IMG/VR virus record: IMGVR_UViG_3300037704_000085
Coordinates: 1-64,000 of that record
Source of the DNA: a virus
Strand: one strand, 5' to 3'
Length of the DNA stretch: 64,000 nt
Under the pieces are notes generated by a model, which had not been told where the DNA came from, did no database searches, and was given only the letters and a program-made list of their open reading frames with translations. Every line of letters begins with the position of its first letter. Position 1 is the stretch's first letter. The position numbers were made by a program, and so were the translations under genes. Positions 35,433 through 43,804 of the stretch are shown here, piece after piece.

Positions 35433-37577
35433 ATGCCTGTTGTTATCTTCAACCCCACCGTCACCGCCGCCGGCCTCGCGGCGGCGATGAACGCCGATAC
35501 GACCGGCATCGATCTGGCGATTACCCATGTTGCGTTTGGGACCGGGGCTTACGACCCGACCGGCGCAGAACCGGCGCTGGTGGCCGAGCAGAAGCGCGTG
35601 GCGATTGGCGGCGGATCGTTGGTCGCGCCGACGCAAGCGCGCATTCTCGCGATATGGTCGAGCGCGGTCGATGTTTGTGCGATCAGCGAAGTCGGGTTCT
35701 TTGCCGGCGACATCCTGTTCGCGGTCTGGTCGCGCGCAACCGGCGGGCCGATTGGATACAAAACGACCGGCGTCGATTTTGTCATGTTCAACGACATCAA
35801 GTTCGACGGCATCCCGGCGGGGTCGATTACAGTATCGATTGATAGCAGCGGTACGCCCGCTGCGCTGGCGGCGATTATTCAGCATGAAACAGCCGGCGAT
35901 CCGCATGCGCAATACGAGCTGCGCGACGCGACGCTGACCGCGCTTGCTGCGCTGGTCACTGCTGCCAATCAAATGGTTTATTCGACCGGGGCCGATACTT
36001 TCGAAATGACCGGATTGTCGGCGTTCATGAGAACGCTGTTGGACGACGCCGATCAGGCAACGGCACGCGCTACGCTAGGAGCGGCATCGCCGGCTGATAT
36101 TACAAATGCAATCAACAATTTACTCGGAGCAGTGCCCGGAGCGCTAGACACGCTGGATGAACTGGCTGCGGCGCTTGGCGATGACGCAAACTTTTCCGTC
36201 ACGATGACCAACGCGCTGGCCGGCAAAGCGGCCTTGAGTGGTGCGAACTTCACCGGGCAAGTGCAGGTTCCTGCCGGACTGATAATCAAGTCGCAAGGGG
36301 GCGTAGAAGGCGGAGAGTTCCATCTACAAAAGCCGGACTCCGGCTCTTTGTTGGAAGGGAACTTGTGCATCGACTTGATTGGCAACACGCTTCGGGTTTT
36401 CGAGTATGGCGGGGGGGAGCATGGGTTTCTAATTGACCTAATGTCGTGCTCCACAGGCATCGGGTCACTGTTGATCACCAACGACAACGTTGCGACACTG
36501 AGCAACAAGACGTTCATCTCTGCGGCCCTGACCGGCACCTCGACTGCACCAACGGCCGCATTCGGCACCAACACGACCCAGCTTGCCAATACCGCATTTG
36601 TTCAGGCGGCCGTCGCGGCGATTTTGGATTCCACCCCGGATGCCCTCAATACGCTGAATGAACTGGCCGCTGCCCTTGGCGATGATGCGAACTTTGCGAC
36701 CAACGTCAACAACGCCTTGGCGCAACGCGTGCGAAAGGACGCCAGCAGCGAATTGGCGGCCGGCGTGATCATTGGTGCACTCACCAACAGCAACAGCGGA
36801 ATGCCAACGATTGTCGGCGAGCATACCTACGTCGTGCGGGGCAATGGCGTCGGCCCGGCGCTGATGACGTTCCACCGGCCGGGGGTCTATGCGTCATATT
36901 TTGGCCTTGACACCGACAACATTTGGAAGGTCGGCGGGTGGTCGGCCGGTTCGGTCGCTTACGCGTTATTGCACGAAGGGAACTACACCAGCTATTCGCC
37001 ATCACTGGTCGGCGGCGGCGCCTCGGGCACGTGGGGGATCGGCATCACCGGCAACGCGGCGACCGCGACCAAGGCCAGCACGCTGGCGCTAGGTGGCGGC
37101 GACGGCTTGGCGATGACCTTCAACTGGACCGGTCAGGTCGGCCAGCCGACCTGGTTGTGGGGCAGCGACGAAGGGACCACTCACCAGGTTTACAACCCGT
37201 CGAACTTCAACGTCAATTACGCGACCTCGGCGGGGACGGTAACGGACAACGCGATCACCGTCGCCAAGCTCGGCACGACCGAAAAAAAGCAGATCGCCAA
37301 GGCCTGGGTCAATTTCGACGGCACCTTGAGCGGGACGATCACGCCGCGCGCCAGCCACAACGTCAGCAGTGTGACGAAGACCACCACTGGCGATTACACG
37401 GTGAACTTCAGTGTGGCAATGCCGGACGCCAACTACACCCCAGTCGGTATGTCGCTATTTGACCGATTCATCGGCATCTACAGCATGAGCACCACCGCCG
37501 TGCGGGTGGTCAATCGCAACGGGGGAGGTACGTCTTATGACTCTACGACAATCGCAGTCGCTGTTTTTGGGAACTAA
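35433..37577 (+). CDS. Tail fibre protein
   Basis: VTAAGLAA N-terminus, DPHAQY, two LxTLxELAAALGDDANF repeats, APTAA..TNTTQLANTAFV, AKAWVNFDG C-terminal domain. Confidence 0.92.
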   Translation: MPVVIFNPTVTAAGLAAAMNADTTGIDLAITHVAFGTGAYDPTGAEPALVAEQKRVAIGGGSLVAPTQARILAIWSSAVDVCAISEVGFFAGDILFAVWSRATGGPIGYKTTGVDFVMFNDIKFDGIPAGSITVSIDSSGTPAALAAIIQHETAGDPHAQYELRDATLTALAALVTAANQMVYSTGADTFEMTGLSAFMRTLLDDADQATARATLGAASPADITNAINNLLGAVPGALDTLDELAAALGDDANFSVTMTNALAGKAALSGANFTGQVQVPAGLIIKSQGGVEGGEFHLQKPDSGSLLEGNLCIDLIGNTLRVFEYGGGEHGFLIDLMSCSTGIGSLLITNDNVATLSNKTFISAALTGTSTAPTAAFGTNTTQLANTAFVQAAVAAILDSTPDALNTLNELAAALGDDANFATNVNNALAQRVRKDASSELAAGVIIGALTNSNSGMPTIVGEHTYVVRGNGVGPALMTFHRPGVYASYFGLDTDNIWKVGGWSAGSVAYALLHEGNYTSYSPSLVGGGASGTWGIGITGNAATATKASTLALGGGDGLAMTFNWTGQVGQPTWLWGSDEGTTHQVYNPSNFNVNYATSAGTVTDNAITVAKLGTTEKKQIAKAWVNFDGTLSGTITPRASHNVSSVTKTTTGDYTVNFSVAMPDANYTPVGMSLFDRFIGIYSMSTTAVRVVNRNGGGTSYDSTTIAVAVFGN

Positions 37578-37580
37578 ATC

Positions 37581-38057
37581 ATGACCAACATTGTGTGGCG
37601 ACAGCCAAGCCAAACCCTTGCCGTGACCAGCATCCTAGATGGCTCCGACCCAACCGAACACGCCGCCCTGCTGCAGTCGCGCGGCGATGTGCCGGCCGAC
37701 TGGGAGGTGGCGGCGCTCAATGTCGGCGAATTCCCCGAAGGGCCGCAAGAAGCTTGGCGTTTCGTCGGGGGCGTGATCGTGCGCGATGCCGCCGCAGCGA
37801 CCGCGCTGGCACGCGTGGCAATGGTTGTGTCTCGACGCCAGATCCGGCAGGCCATGAGCCTCACGCCGTATCAAGCCGGAACGCTCCGCGAAGCTGTCGA
37901 AGCGGCGGTCGCTGCCGGCGACCAGAATCTCCAAGACTGGTGGAATGATGCCAATGAGTTTGAGCGATTGCACCCGGTAGTCGTGGCGATGGCGCAGGCT
38001 CTTGGGCAAAGCGACGAACAGGTCGACACGCTATTTACGTTGGCGGCATCGCTGTAA
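37581..38057 (+). CDS. Tail fibre assembly chaperone
   Basis: VSRRQIRQAM...WNDANEFERLHP...DTLF; follows fibre. Confidence 0.75.
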   Translation: MTNIVWRQPSQTLAVTSILDGSDPTEHAALLQSRGDVPADWEVAALNVGEFPEGPQEAWRFVGGVIVRDAAAATALARVAMVVSRRQIRQAMSLTPYQAGTLREAVEAAVAAGDQNLQDWWNDANEFERLHPVVVAMAQALGQSDEQVDTLFTLAASL

Positions 38058-38125
38058 TGATGTACGCCACGGGAGGCGAATCTCACCTTTTTTTGTTCGA
38101 TCAATCCGATGATGGGGCTTTCTGA

Positions 38126-38902
38126 ATGAACGGCGCATTTCACCACGTCAAGGTCGGGTTGGGGGAATATCTGACCAAGTGGAAAGAATTTCTGGTCGCC
38201 GACACGCCGGGGTTGCAAGCCTACGCCGCCCGGCCGCTGGCCGAGTCGATTATCTTCGTGCCGGGCCGGCTGGTCGATGCCGCCGAAGAAATGCTGGCTG
38301 CGTACCGTCGCAACGACAACCCCGGCGAGTCCGGCCACAAGTCAAAGCTGCCGGTGGTCCTGATCGGGCTATCGAAGGATTACACACCGACCGATCCGAG
38401 TTGGAACCGCCAGCTTGGCGACCGCATGCTGATCAAGATCGAAGACGATACGACCGAAGCGCCCGCGTCGATCTACGGCTACCGGCAGGCGGCGGGCGAT
38501 GTTCGCGCGCAAGTGGTGATCGTCGCCGCCGACGAGCCGACCGCGCGCAGCATGACGATTCAGTTCTGCTTGTTCATCGGGGCCGTGGGCAACCGGACCT
38601 TCTACGCGGCGCATACGTGGGGGCAGTACGAGATTCCCATGGGCACGATGCTCGAAACCCCGGACGTGCCGTTCATGGAGATTGCCACCGATCAGAAGAA
38701 TCTCACGATGCTGGCCGGCGACCTGAACCTGCGGGTCGTGATTCCTTACTTCGACGCGCCGGCCGAGGGCGAGCCGAACGACGGCACGGCCAACAATCCG
38801 CCGGGCTACCCGTATGTCACCGAGGTTCAGACGATCAACAACGTCGCGCGGACAACGGGAACCACGACCGACGCCGGCACGATCTTTACGCCGACCGTAT
38901 GA
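38126..38902 (+). CDS. Tail/baseplate protein (P1 gp24-like)
   Basis: Synteny 24-6-5; KLPVVLIG. Confidence 0.55.
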   Translation: MNGAFHHVKVGLGEYLTKWKEFLVADTPGLQAYAARPLAESIIFVPGRLVDAAEEMLAAYRRNDNPGESGHKSKLPVVLIGLSKDYTPTDPSWNRQLGDRMLIKIEDDTTEAPASIYGYRQAAGDVRAQVVIVAADEPTARSMTIQFCLFIGAVGNRTFYAAHTWGQYEIPMGTMLETPDVPFMEIATDQKNLTMLAGDLNLRVVIPYFDAPAEGEPNDGTANNPPGYPYVTEVQTINNVARTTGTTTDAGTIFTPTV

Positions 38903-39792
38903 ACGTCTGGCTGTCCGAGAATAACGAACTCCTGCCGGGCGATCTGGTCGCGCGGCTGGTGGTGCGTTCCGACCTGACGCCCGTACCGCGCACGGTCGAA
39001 CTGTCGGTCCGGTTGACCGCCGAAACCGAGGCGCGCATCAAGGAAGGCGAGTCGATTTGGACCGGGCAAGAGGCGTTGCGCTATCGCATCGTCAAGGTCT
39101 CGCGCTCGCCGTCGTCCGGGCTGATTCAGGGCGACCGCGAAATGGCCGTTCTGAATGCGACCGCGATCCTGCACATGAGCCATCGCATCGGCTTCCGGGC
39201 CGAAAAGGCGGTGATCAAGGAACGGGCGCGCTTCAGCGACATCTACCGCGCGTGCGGCGCGCAAGTGGCCGTCGCCGATGACTTCGTGGTGCGGCGCTTC
39301 TCTTGCTTTTTCGGCCAAGTGCCGAGCTTCCATCTGGCGCAGGCGCTGCAAGAGGAAGGCGGCGCGCTGGTGTTGCGCGACAAGAAAATCCGCTTCATGC
39401 GCCTGCCGGACCTGTTCAAGCAGGCCCCGGTGACCGAACTGGTTCAGTCGGACACCACGGAAACCGATGCCAGCGAGTTCATGGAGCGCCATGAAATCCC
39501 CAGCTTCTTTTCGACCGACGACGCCGGGGCCTTCGTGCGCGGCGACTTCGATCAGGTGCGGGCGGTCAATTACGCGCCGCGCGCCGACGTGCGGACGCTG
39601 CGCAACATGAGCCGCGTGCTGGTGACCCGGCGCGTTCTGAACTCCAACGCCGCCGGAAACATCAACGCGGGCGACCTGATCCGGATCATGGACAAGAATC
39701 TGGTGGTCGTGACGGCGGCGCATGCCTTCGAACAATCGGACGGAGCGACCGAGGCACGTAGCCGGTTCTGGCTGGCGGAACTCAACAAATGA
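38899..39792 (+). CDS. Baseplate hub-type protein (P1 gp6-like)
   Basis: RSDLTPVP.TVEL; likely start ATG 38899 (ATGA overlap); precedes spike. Confidence 0.65.
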   Translation: MNVWLSENNELLPGDLVARLVVRSDLTPVPRTVELSVRLTAETEARIKEGESIWTGQEALRYRIVKVSRSPSSGLIQGDREMAVLNATAILHMSHRIGFRAEKAVIKERARFSDIYRACGAQVAVADDFVVRRFSCFFGQVPSFHLAQALQEEGGALVLRDKKIRFMRLPDLFKQAPVTELVQSDTTETDASEFMERHEIPSFFSTDDAGAFVRGDFDQVRAVNYAPRADVRTLRNMSRVLVTRRVLNSNAAGNINAGDLIRIMDKNLVVVTAAHAFEQSDGATEARSRFWLAELNK

Positions 39793-40520
39793 GCCTCTAT
39801 GGCAAATATCCCGCCATCGTGCGGACGTGGGACCGGGCGCGGCGCGAATGTCGCGTCGAAATCCCCGGCGTAACGGACGGGGCCGAAGTCCTGCCGCTGG
39901 CTGAAATCGCCTACCCGATTGGCGACAAAAGCGAACACACCGAAATCTACGTGACGCTGGGCGACCGGGTTTGGGTGGAGTTCGAGCGCGGCGACCCGCG
40001 TTTCCCGATCATCACCCACTGGCGCACCAAACACACCGGCAACGCGCCCCTTTGGCGCAAGTTCCACCATGAGAACCATGAGCGCGAAGCGTTCGACGGC
40101 GACATCCACGACACGGCCAGCAACAACATCAACACCGAGGCCGGCAACAACGAGCAGCGGACCATCGGCACGGCATTCACGCTCGACGCCGGTACGACCA
40201 TCACCCTGCATGTCGGCGGCTCGACGCTGGTCATCGACGGCAGTAGCGTGACAATCACGACCGCCGAGGTGACCGTTGATTCGCCGCAATCGACCTTTAC
40301 CGGCGCGGTGACCGTGCTGGGGCTGCTGACTTACGCGGCCGGCATGTCGGGCTCGCCGGGCGCGGGCGGCGGGGCCGGGGCGACCATTTCCGGCAACATC
40401 GCCGTGACTTCCGGAAACATCACCACGGACGGCGACGTGACGGCGGGTAGTATCAGCCTCAAGAATCACACTCACGGCGGCGTACAGCCGGGCGGCAGCA
40501 GCACCAGTCCGCCGACATAA
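39789..40520 (+). CDS. Baseplate spike (gpV / P1 gp5-like)
   Basis: GDRVWVEFERGDPRFP OB-fold, beta-helix, ISLKNHTHGGV tip. Confidence 0.88.
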   Translation: MSLYGKYPAIVRTWDRARRECRVEIPGVTDGAEVLPLAEIAYPIGDKSEHTEIYVTLGDRVWVEFERGDPRFPIITHWRTKHTGNAPLWRKFHHENHEREAFDGDIHDTASNNINTEAGNNEQRTIGTAFTLDAGTTITLHVGGSTLVIDGSSVTITTAEVTVDSPQSTFTGAVTVLGLLTYAAGMSGSPGAGGGAGATISGNIAVTSGNITTDGDVTAGSISLKNHTHGGVQPGGSSTSPPT

Positions 40521-40530
40521 GGACTTGACC

Positions 40531-41022
40531 ATGAAAGACCTGATTTTCTCATTCGATGAAATGGGCTCCCAAAAGGATGCCGCAACCAAGCGCGTGGTCA
40601 AACTCTTCGCGCAGGCCAGCACGCCGATTGCGCAGGGCGAAGTGACGCCCGGCACCAAGCGGACGGCCGGCGTCAGCTACCGCGAAATGCTGCTGACCTT
40701 TGTCGACGGGCAAACGATCCTCTTGCGGGTCAAAAGTACCGGCGACATCTTCCAAGTCATGCTGAACGGCAAGCTGACGCCGATCAAGAACCAGACCGAT
40801 CATGCCAAAGCGGTTAAGGAACTGGTTGGCATGCTCGACGCCGGCCGCGCGAAGTACCAGAAGAAGCTTTCGCTGGTCCGCGCCGAACTGCCGAAGGGCA
40901 TCAAGACCGCCGCGCCGAAAATCGAGGAAGCGCTGAAGCAGCATAGCGACGAACTCGACACGGCGATTGCCGGCGCACGCGAGAAAATCACCGAACTTCG
41001 TACTGAATTGGAGGCCGCATAA
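40531..41022 (+). CDS. DarA N-terminal-domain protein (P1 Hdf-like)
   Basis: LTFVDGQTILLRVKSTGDIFQVMLNGK.TP resembles ELSDGQTVTVYF...WLLNKKDIT of 43805 ORF. Confidence 0.65.
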   Translation: MKDLIFSFDEMGSQKDAATKRVVKLFAQASTPIAQGEVTPGTKRTAGVSYREMLLTFVDGQTILLRVKSTGDIFQVMLNGKLTPIKNQTDHAKAVKELVGMLDAGRAKYQKKLSLVRAELPKGIKTAAPKIEEALKQHSDELDTAIAGAREKITELRTELEAA

Positions 41023-42131
41023 TGGCTGCTGTCTGGGGTAAAACGTCCGCGCCGAAAGGCCCGGTCTTCGATTCCGTCAAAGTGGTTGGCGGGGCCGTAT
41101 GGGAACGCGCCTTGCCGGCGCTCGATGCGGCTGATCCGGTGCTTGATGCCGCCCGCAAGATGAACCAGAAGACCTACGCCGTCTATGTCGTGGTCAATGG
41201 CAAGATTGAGTCGGGCTGGGATTTCAACGAGGACGCCAAGGAACACAAGGCCGAGAGCCTGCCTGAGAAGTTCAAGGCCACGGCCAAGATCGTTCGCAAG
41301 GGCGGCATGAAGGCGCTAGGCATCGACCCGGACGACAACGCCAGTTGGATGACCACGGCCGACATGGACGCGGTTGCCGAGGGCGACGGCAAGGAAAAGG
41401 AAGGCGACGACGAAGACGACGACACCGACCCCGAGAAGGAATGGAGCGAGACGCCGGACGAAGAGCCCAAGGACGGCGAGGAAAAGGTTCTCGACGGCGA
41501 TTTTGTCGGGCACCCGTTCAGAGGGAATGGCTACCGAAAAGCCAGCCGGGAATCGGGCGCGGCCGTCAATACGTCGATCCGCGCCAAGCGCGCCGAGAAA
41601 TCTGGCGACGCCAAGGCGACCAAGACCGCGCACAAGGCCGCGCATCACGCGCACGCCGCCGCCGCGCTGACGGCCGACACGAAGAAGGCCAAGAGCTATC
41701 ACGCGAAGATGGCGACGTTCCACGGCTCGCGGGCAGGCGGCGCGCTTGACTCTGCCGACGCCGGTATTCCCAACGGCGACGGCATCGCGCTTGACGAGGA
41801 CGACAGCGCGGCCGACGTATCCGACAGCCAGCCGGGCCTGTTCGACAGCGCTGCGGCGCTTGACGCGGCCAACGACTACCCGATCTATCACAAGACGTTC
41901 TCCGCTGCCGTACAGGCCGCTGCCGCCTACGCCGAGAAGAAAGGCTTCGCGGTCGATGACGAGGATTGGGATCACAAAGTCGCGATGGGGCCGCGCAAGC
42001 CCGACGAAGGCAAGACCAACAGCTACTCGGTGGCGCTGACCAAGGACGGCAAGGCGAAGAAAAAGGCGCTGCAAATTCAGGTCTACGGCCGGGGCGAGCA
42101 GGGCTACGAACTGAATTGCTACGTGTCCTGA
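41022..42131 (+). CDS. Candidate internal head polyprotein
   Basis: Nine [LFM]D motifs separating three small domains and acidic linkers; GHPFRGN motif. Confidence 0.75.
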   Translation: MAAVWGKTSAPKGPVFDSVKVVGGAVWERALPALDAADPVLDAARKMNQKTYAVYVVVNGKIESGWDFNEDAKEHKAESLPEKFKATAKIVRKGGMKALGIDPDDNASWMTTADMDAVAEGDGKEKEGDDEDDDTDPEKEWSETPDEEPKDGEEKVLDGDFVGHPFRGNGYRKASRESGAAVNTSIRAKRAEKSGDAKATKTAHKAAHHAHAAAALTADTKKAKSYHAKMATFHGSRAGGALDSADAGIPNGDGIALDEDDSAADVSDSQPGLFDSAAALDAANDYPIYHKTFSAAVQAAAAYAEKKGFAVDDEDWDHKVAMGPRKPDEGKTNSYSVALTKDGKAKKKALQIQVYGRGEQGYELNCYVS

Positions 42132-42135
42132 TGCG

Positions 42136-42285
42136 ATGACCGGACGCCTGATCGTCATCGCTGAGTGGAAGGCCGCGCACCGGCCTTGCCTGACGCGCTG
42201 GTGGTGCGGCTTCTGGTGGTCCGGGCAGTGCCTGAACTGCGCCAAGTTTTCAGCAGGTCAATCGATTCACAACGAAAAGGGGTAG
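42136..42285 (+). CDS. 49-aa Trp/Cys-rich protein (not in ORF track)
   Basis: MTGRLIVIAEWKAAHRPCLTRWWCGFWWSGQCLNC...; fills the gap between two genes. Confidence 0.45.
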   Translation: MTGRLIVIAEWKAAHRPCLTRWWCGFWWSGQCLNCAKFSAGQSIHNEKG

Positions 42286-42289
42286 TCCG

Positions 42290-43186
42290 ATGGAAATTCA
42301 ATTCAAAGATGGTTTGCCGGTGATCTTCGATCCGGAGACCGGCGAAATGGAACAGTTGGTGACGTGGAAGCGCAACGCCAACAACGAGCGTATCGGCGTC
42401 ATGGGCAACAACGAGGCGACCGATACGCTGCTGCCGATCACGCAGTACGACGCGAACGGCAAGGCGACCGGCATCAAGGCCGGCGGCAAGACTGTTCCCG
42501 GCACGGCGGCGCTGTCCGGCGGCAGCACGGCGGCGGTCAGCGTGATCGAAGCGGCGGCGACCTTCACGGCGCAGACGCTGGCCGACAACGGCGGCAACGC
42601 GCAAATCGCATCGGCCGGCGTGCATGGCCTGACGACCAATCCGGCCGTGGGTGCGAGCGTCTATGTCGCATGGAGCGGCGCGGACCATGCCGGCGTCGAT
42701 GGCCTGTACGAAGTACTGTCGGTCGATACGACGCTGGCAATCACGATTGACCTCGCTTACGACGCCGATCTGGGCGTTCCGGCCGTGGCGCTCGCCAATA
42801 CCGAACTGACCGTCGCGTCGGTGACGGTGCCGGGCGGCGCGATGGGCGTGAAGGGCAGCTTGGCCGTCGAGGCCCTGCTGTCGCATACCAACAGCGCCGG
42901 GGGCAAGACCGTGGGCGTCAAGCTGGGTGGTTCGGCCGTGGTGACCTACACGGGCGCGGCCAGCAACGACGCGACCATGATCGAGCGCAAGGTCTACAAC
43001 CGTGCGGCGGCGGTGCAGGTTTCCGCCCCGGTGGCGCAGGCCGGCGCGGGCTCCGGCGGCGCGCTGGTGGCGTTGACCGTCAATACCGCCGTCGATCAGG
43101 CGTTGATCGTGACACTCAAGCCGGCGGTGGCGAACGAAGTGATGACGCTGGAAGCCCTGTCGGTGAAGGCGTTTTACGCCGAGTAA
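42290..43186 (+). CDS. Virion structural protein (fibre/decoration-like)
   Basis: A/G/T/V-rich beta protein at end of late operon. Confidence 0.6.
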   Translation: MEIQFKDGLPVIFDPETGEMEQLVTWKRNANNERIGVMGNNEATDTLLPITQYDANGKATGIKAGGKTVPGTAALSGGSTAAVSVIEAAATFTAQTLADNGGNAQIASAGVHGLTTNPAVGASVYVAWSGADHAGVDGLYEVLSVDTTLAITIDLAYDADLGVPAVALANTELTVASVTVPGGAMGVKGSLAVEALLSHTNSAGGKTVGVKLGGSAVVTYTGAASNDATMIERKVYNRAAAVQVSAPVAQAGAGSGGALVALTVNTAVDQALIVTLKPAVANEVMTLEALSVKAFYAE

Positions 43187-43205
43187 TCGCGGTCAGTAGC
43201 GCAAC

Positions 43206-43233
43206 AAAAAGCCCGCTTCGCGCGGGCTTTTTT
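43206..43233. terminator. Bidirectional rho-independent terminator
   Basis: AAAAA-GCCCGC-TTCGC-GCGGGC-TTTTTT between convergent genes. Confidence 0.9.
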
Positions 43234-43243
43234 CATAGGGCGG

Positions 43244-43702
43244 CTAAATCGTCTGAATGCCGTAGAACTCGGCCAGTTCGGACATGCCGCGCACGGCCGA
43301 GCCAATCGCCTTCTGCTTGTTGGCGTAGCGCACCATGGCAAGGACGGCGATCTGGCCGTTATCCACGTCGGGCGCGACGGCGTATTTGGGGCCGTTGGCA
43401 TCGACGCCCTGCATTTCGATCTTGTTGGCCGGGTTGTAGCGGCCAATGGCTTCCACAATATCGACCATGCCCTGCGACTGGCCGGCAAAAAACTCGGCGA
43501 TGGCCTGCTTCATGTCGGCGTCGATGAATCGGTAATCGACTTCGGGCAGGTCGAGGTTCGAGACCATCGCGAAGTCGGGCAGCTTCGCTTCGGAGAAGGA
43601 AACCTGCTTGGCGATCACAAGGACGCCGGTATCGTCGTCCAATACGCCGACTAGGGTTATCGGTTGGCCGGCGAAGCCAGCAACTGAGGCCATGATTTTC
43701 AA
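43244..43702 (-). CDS. Hypothetical protein; only credible minus-strand gene
   Basis: AGGAG RBS before TTG (or ATG 43693); high-GC3 codons; ends at terminator. Confidence 0.8.
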   Translation of the reverse strand: MKIMASVAGFAGQPITLVGVLDDDTGVLVIAKQVSFSEAKLPDFAMVSNLDLPEVDYRFIDADMKQAIAEFFAGQSQGMVDIVEAIGRYNPANKIEMQGVDANGPKYAVAPDVDNGQIAVLAMVRYANKQKAIGSAVRGMSELAEFYGIQTI

Positions 43703-43756
43703 GGAATTCTCCTGTCGTTAAATTAGCGAACGTATAATACGGCTCCGGGGCCGAAT

Positions 43757-43798
43757 CGGAAAGCCCGGCCGCTGCATTTGCCATGGAAAAACGATAAT
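43757..43798 (+). promoter_or_regulatory. Putative late promoter of dar operon
   Basis: CGGAAAGC 43757 and GATAAT 43793 (+36). Confidence 0.7.
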
Positions 43799-43804
43799 CA
43801 CGTC

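Noticed and set aside
35433-38057. Diversity-generating retroelement or invertible segment at the tail fibre
   Set aside because: No reverse transcriptase, adenine-variable repeat pair, invertase or inverted repeats seen
38070-38113. Degenerate late promoter CGGGAGGC...GATGAT before the gp24-like gene
   Set aside because: Two mismatches and spacing of 38 rather than 36
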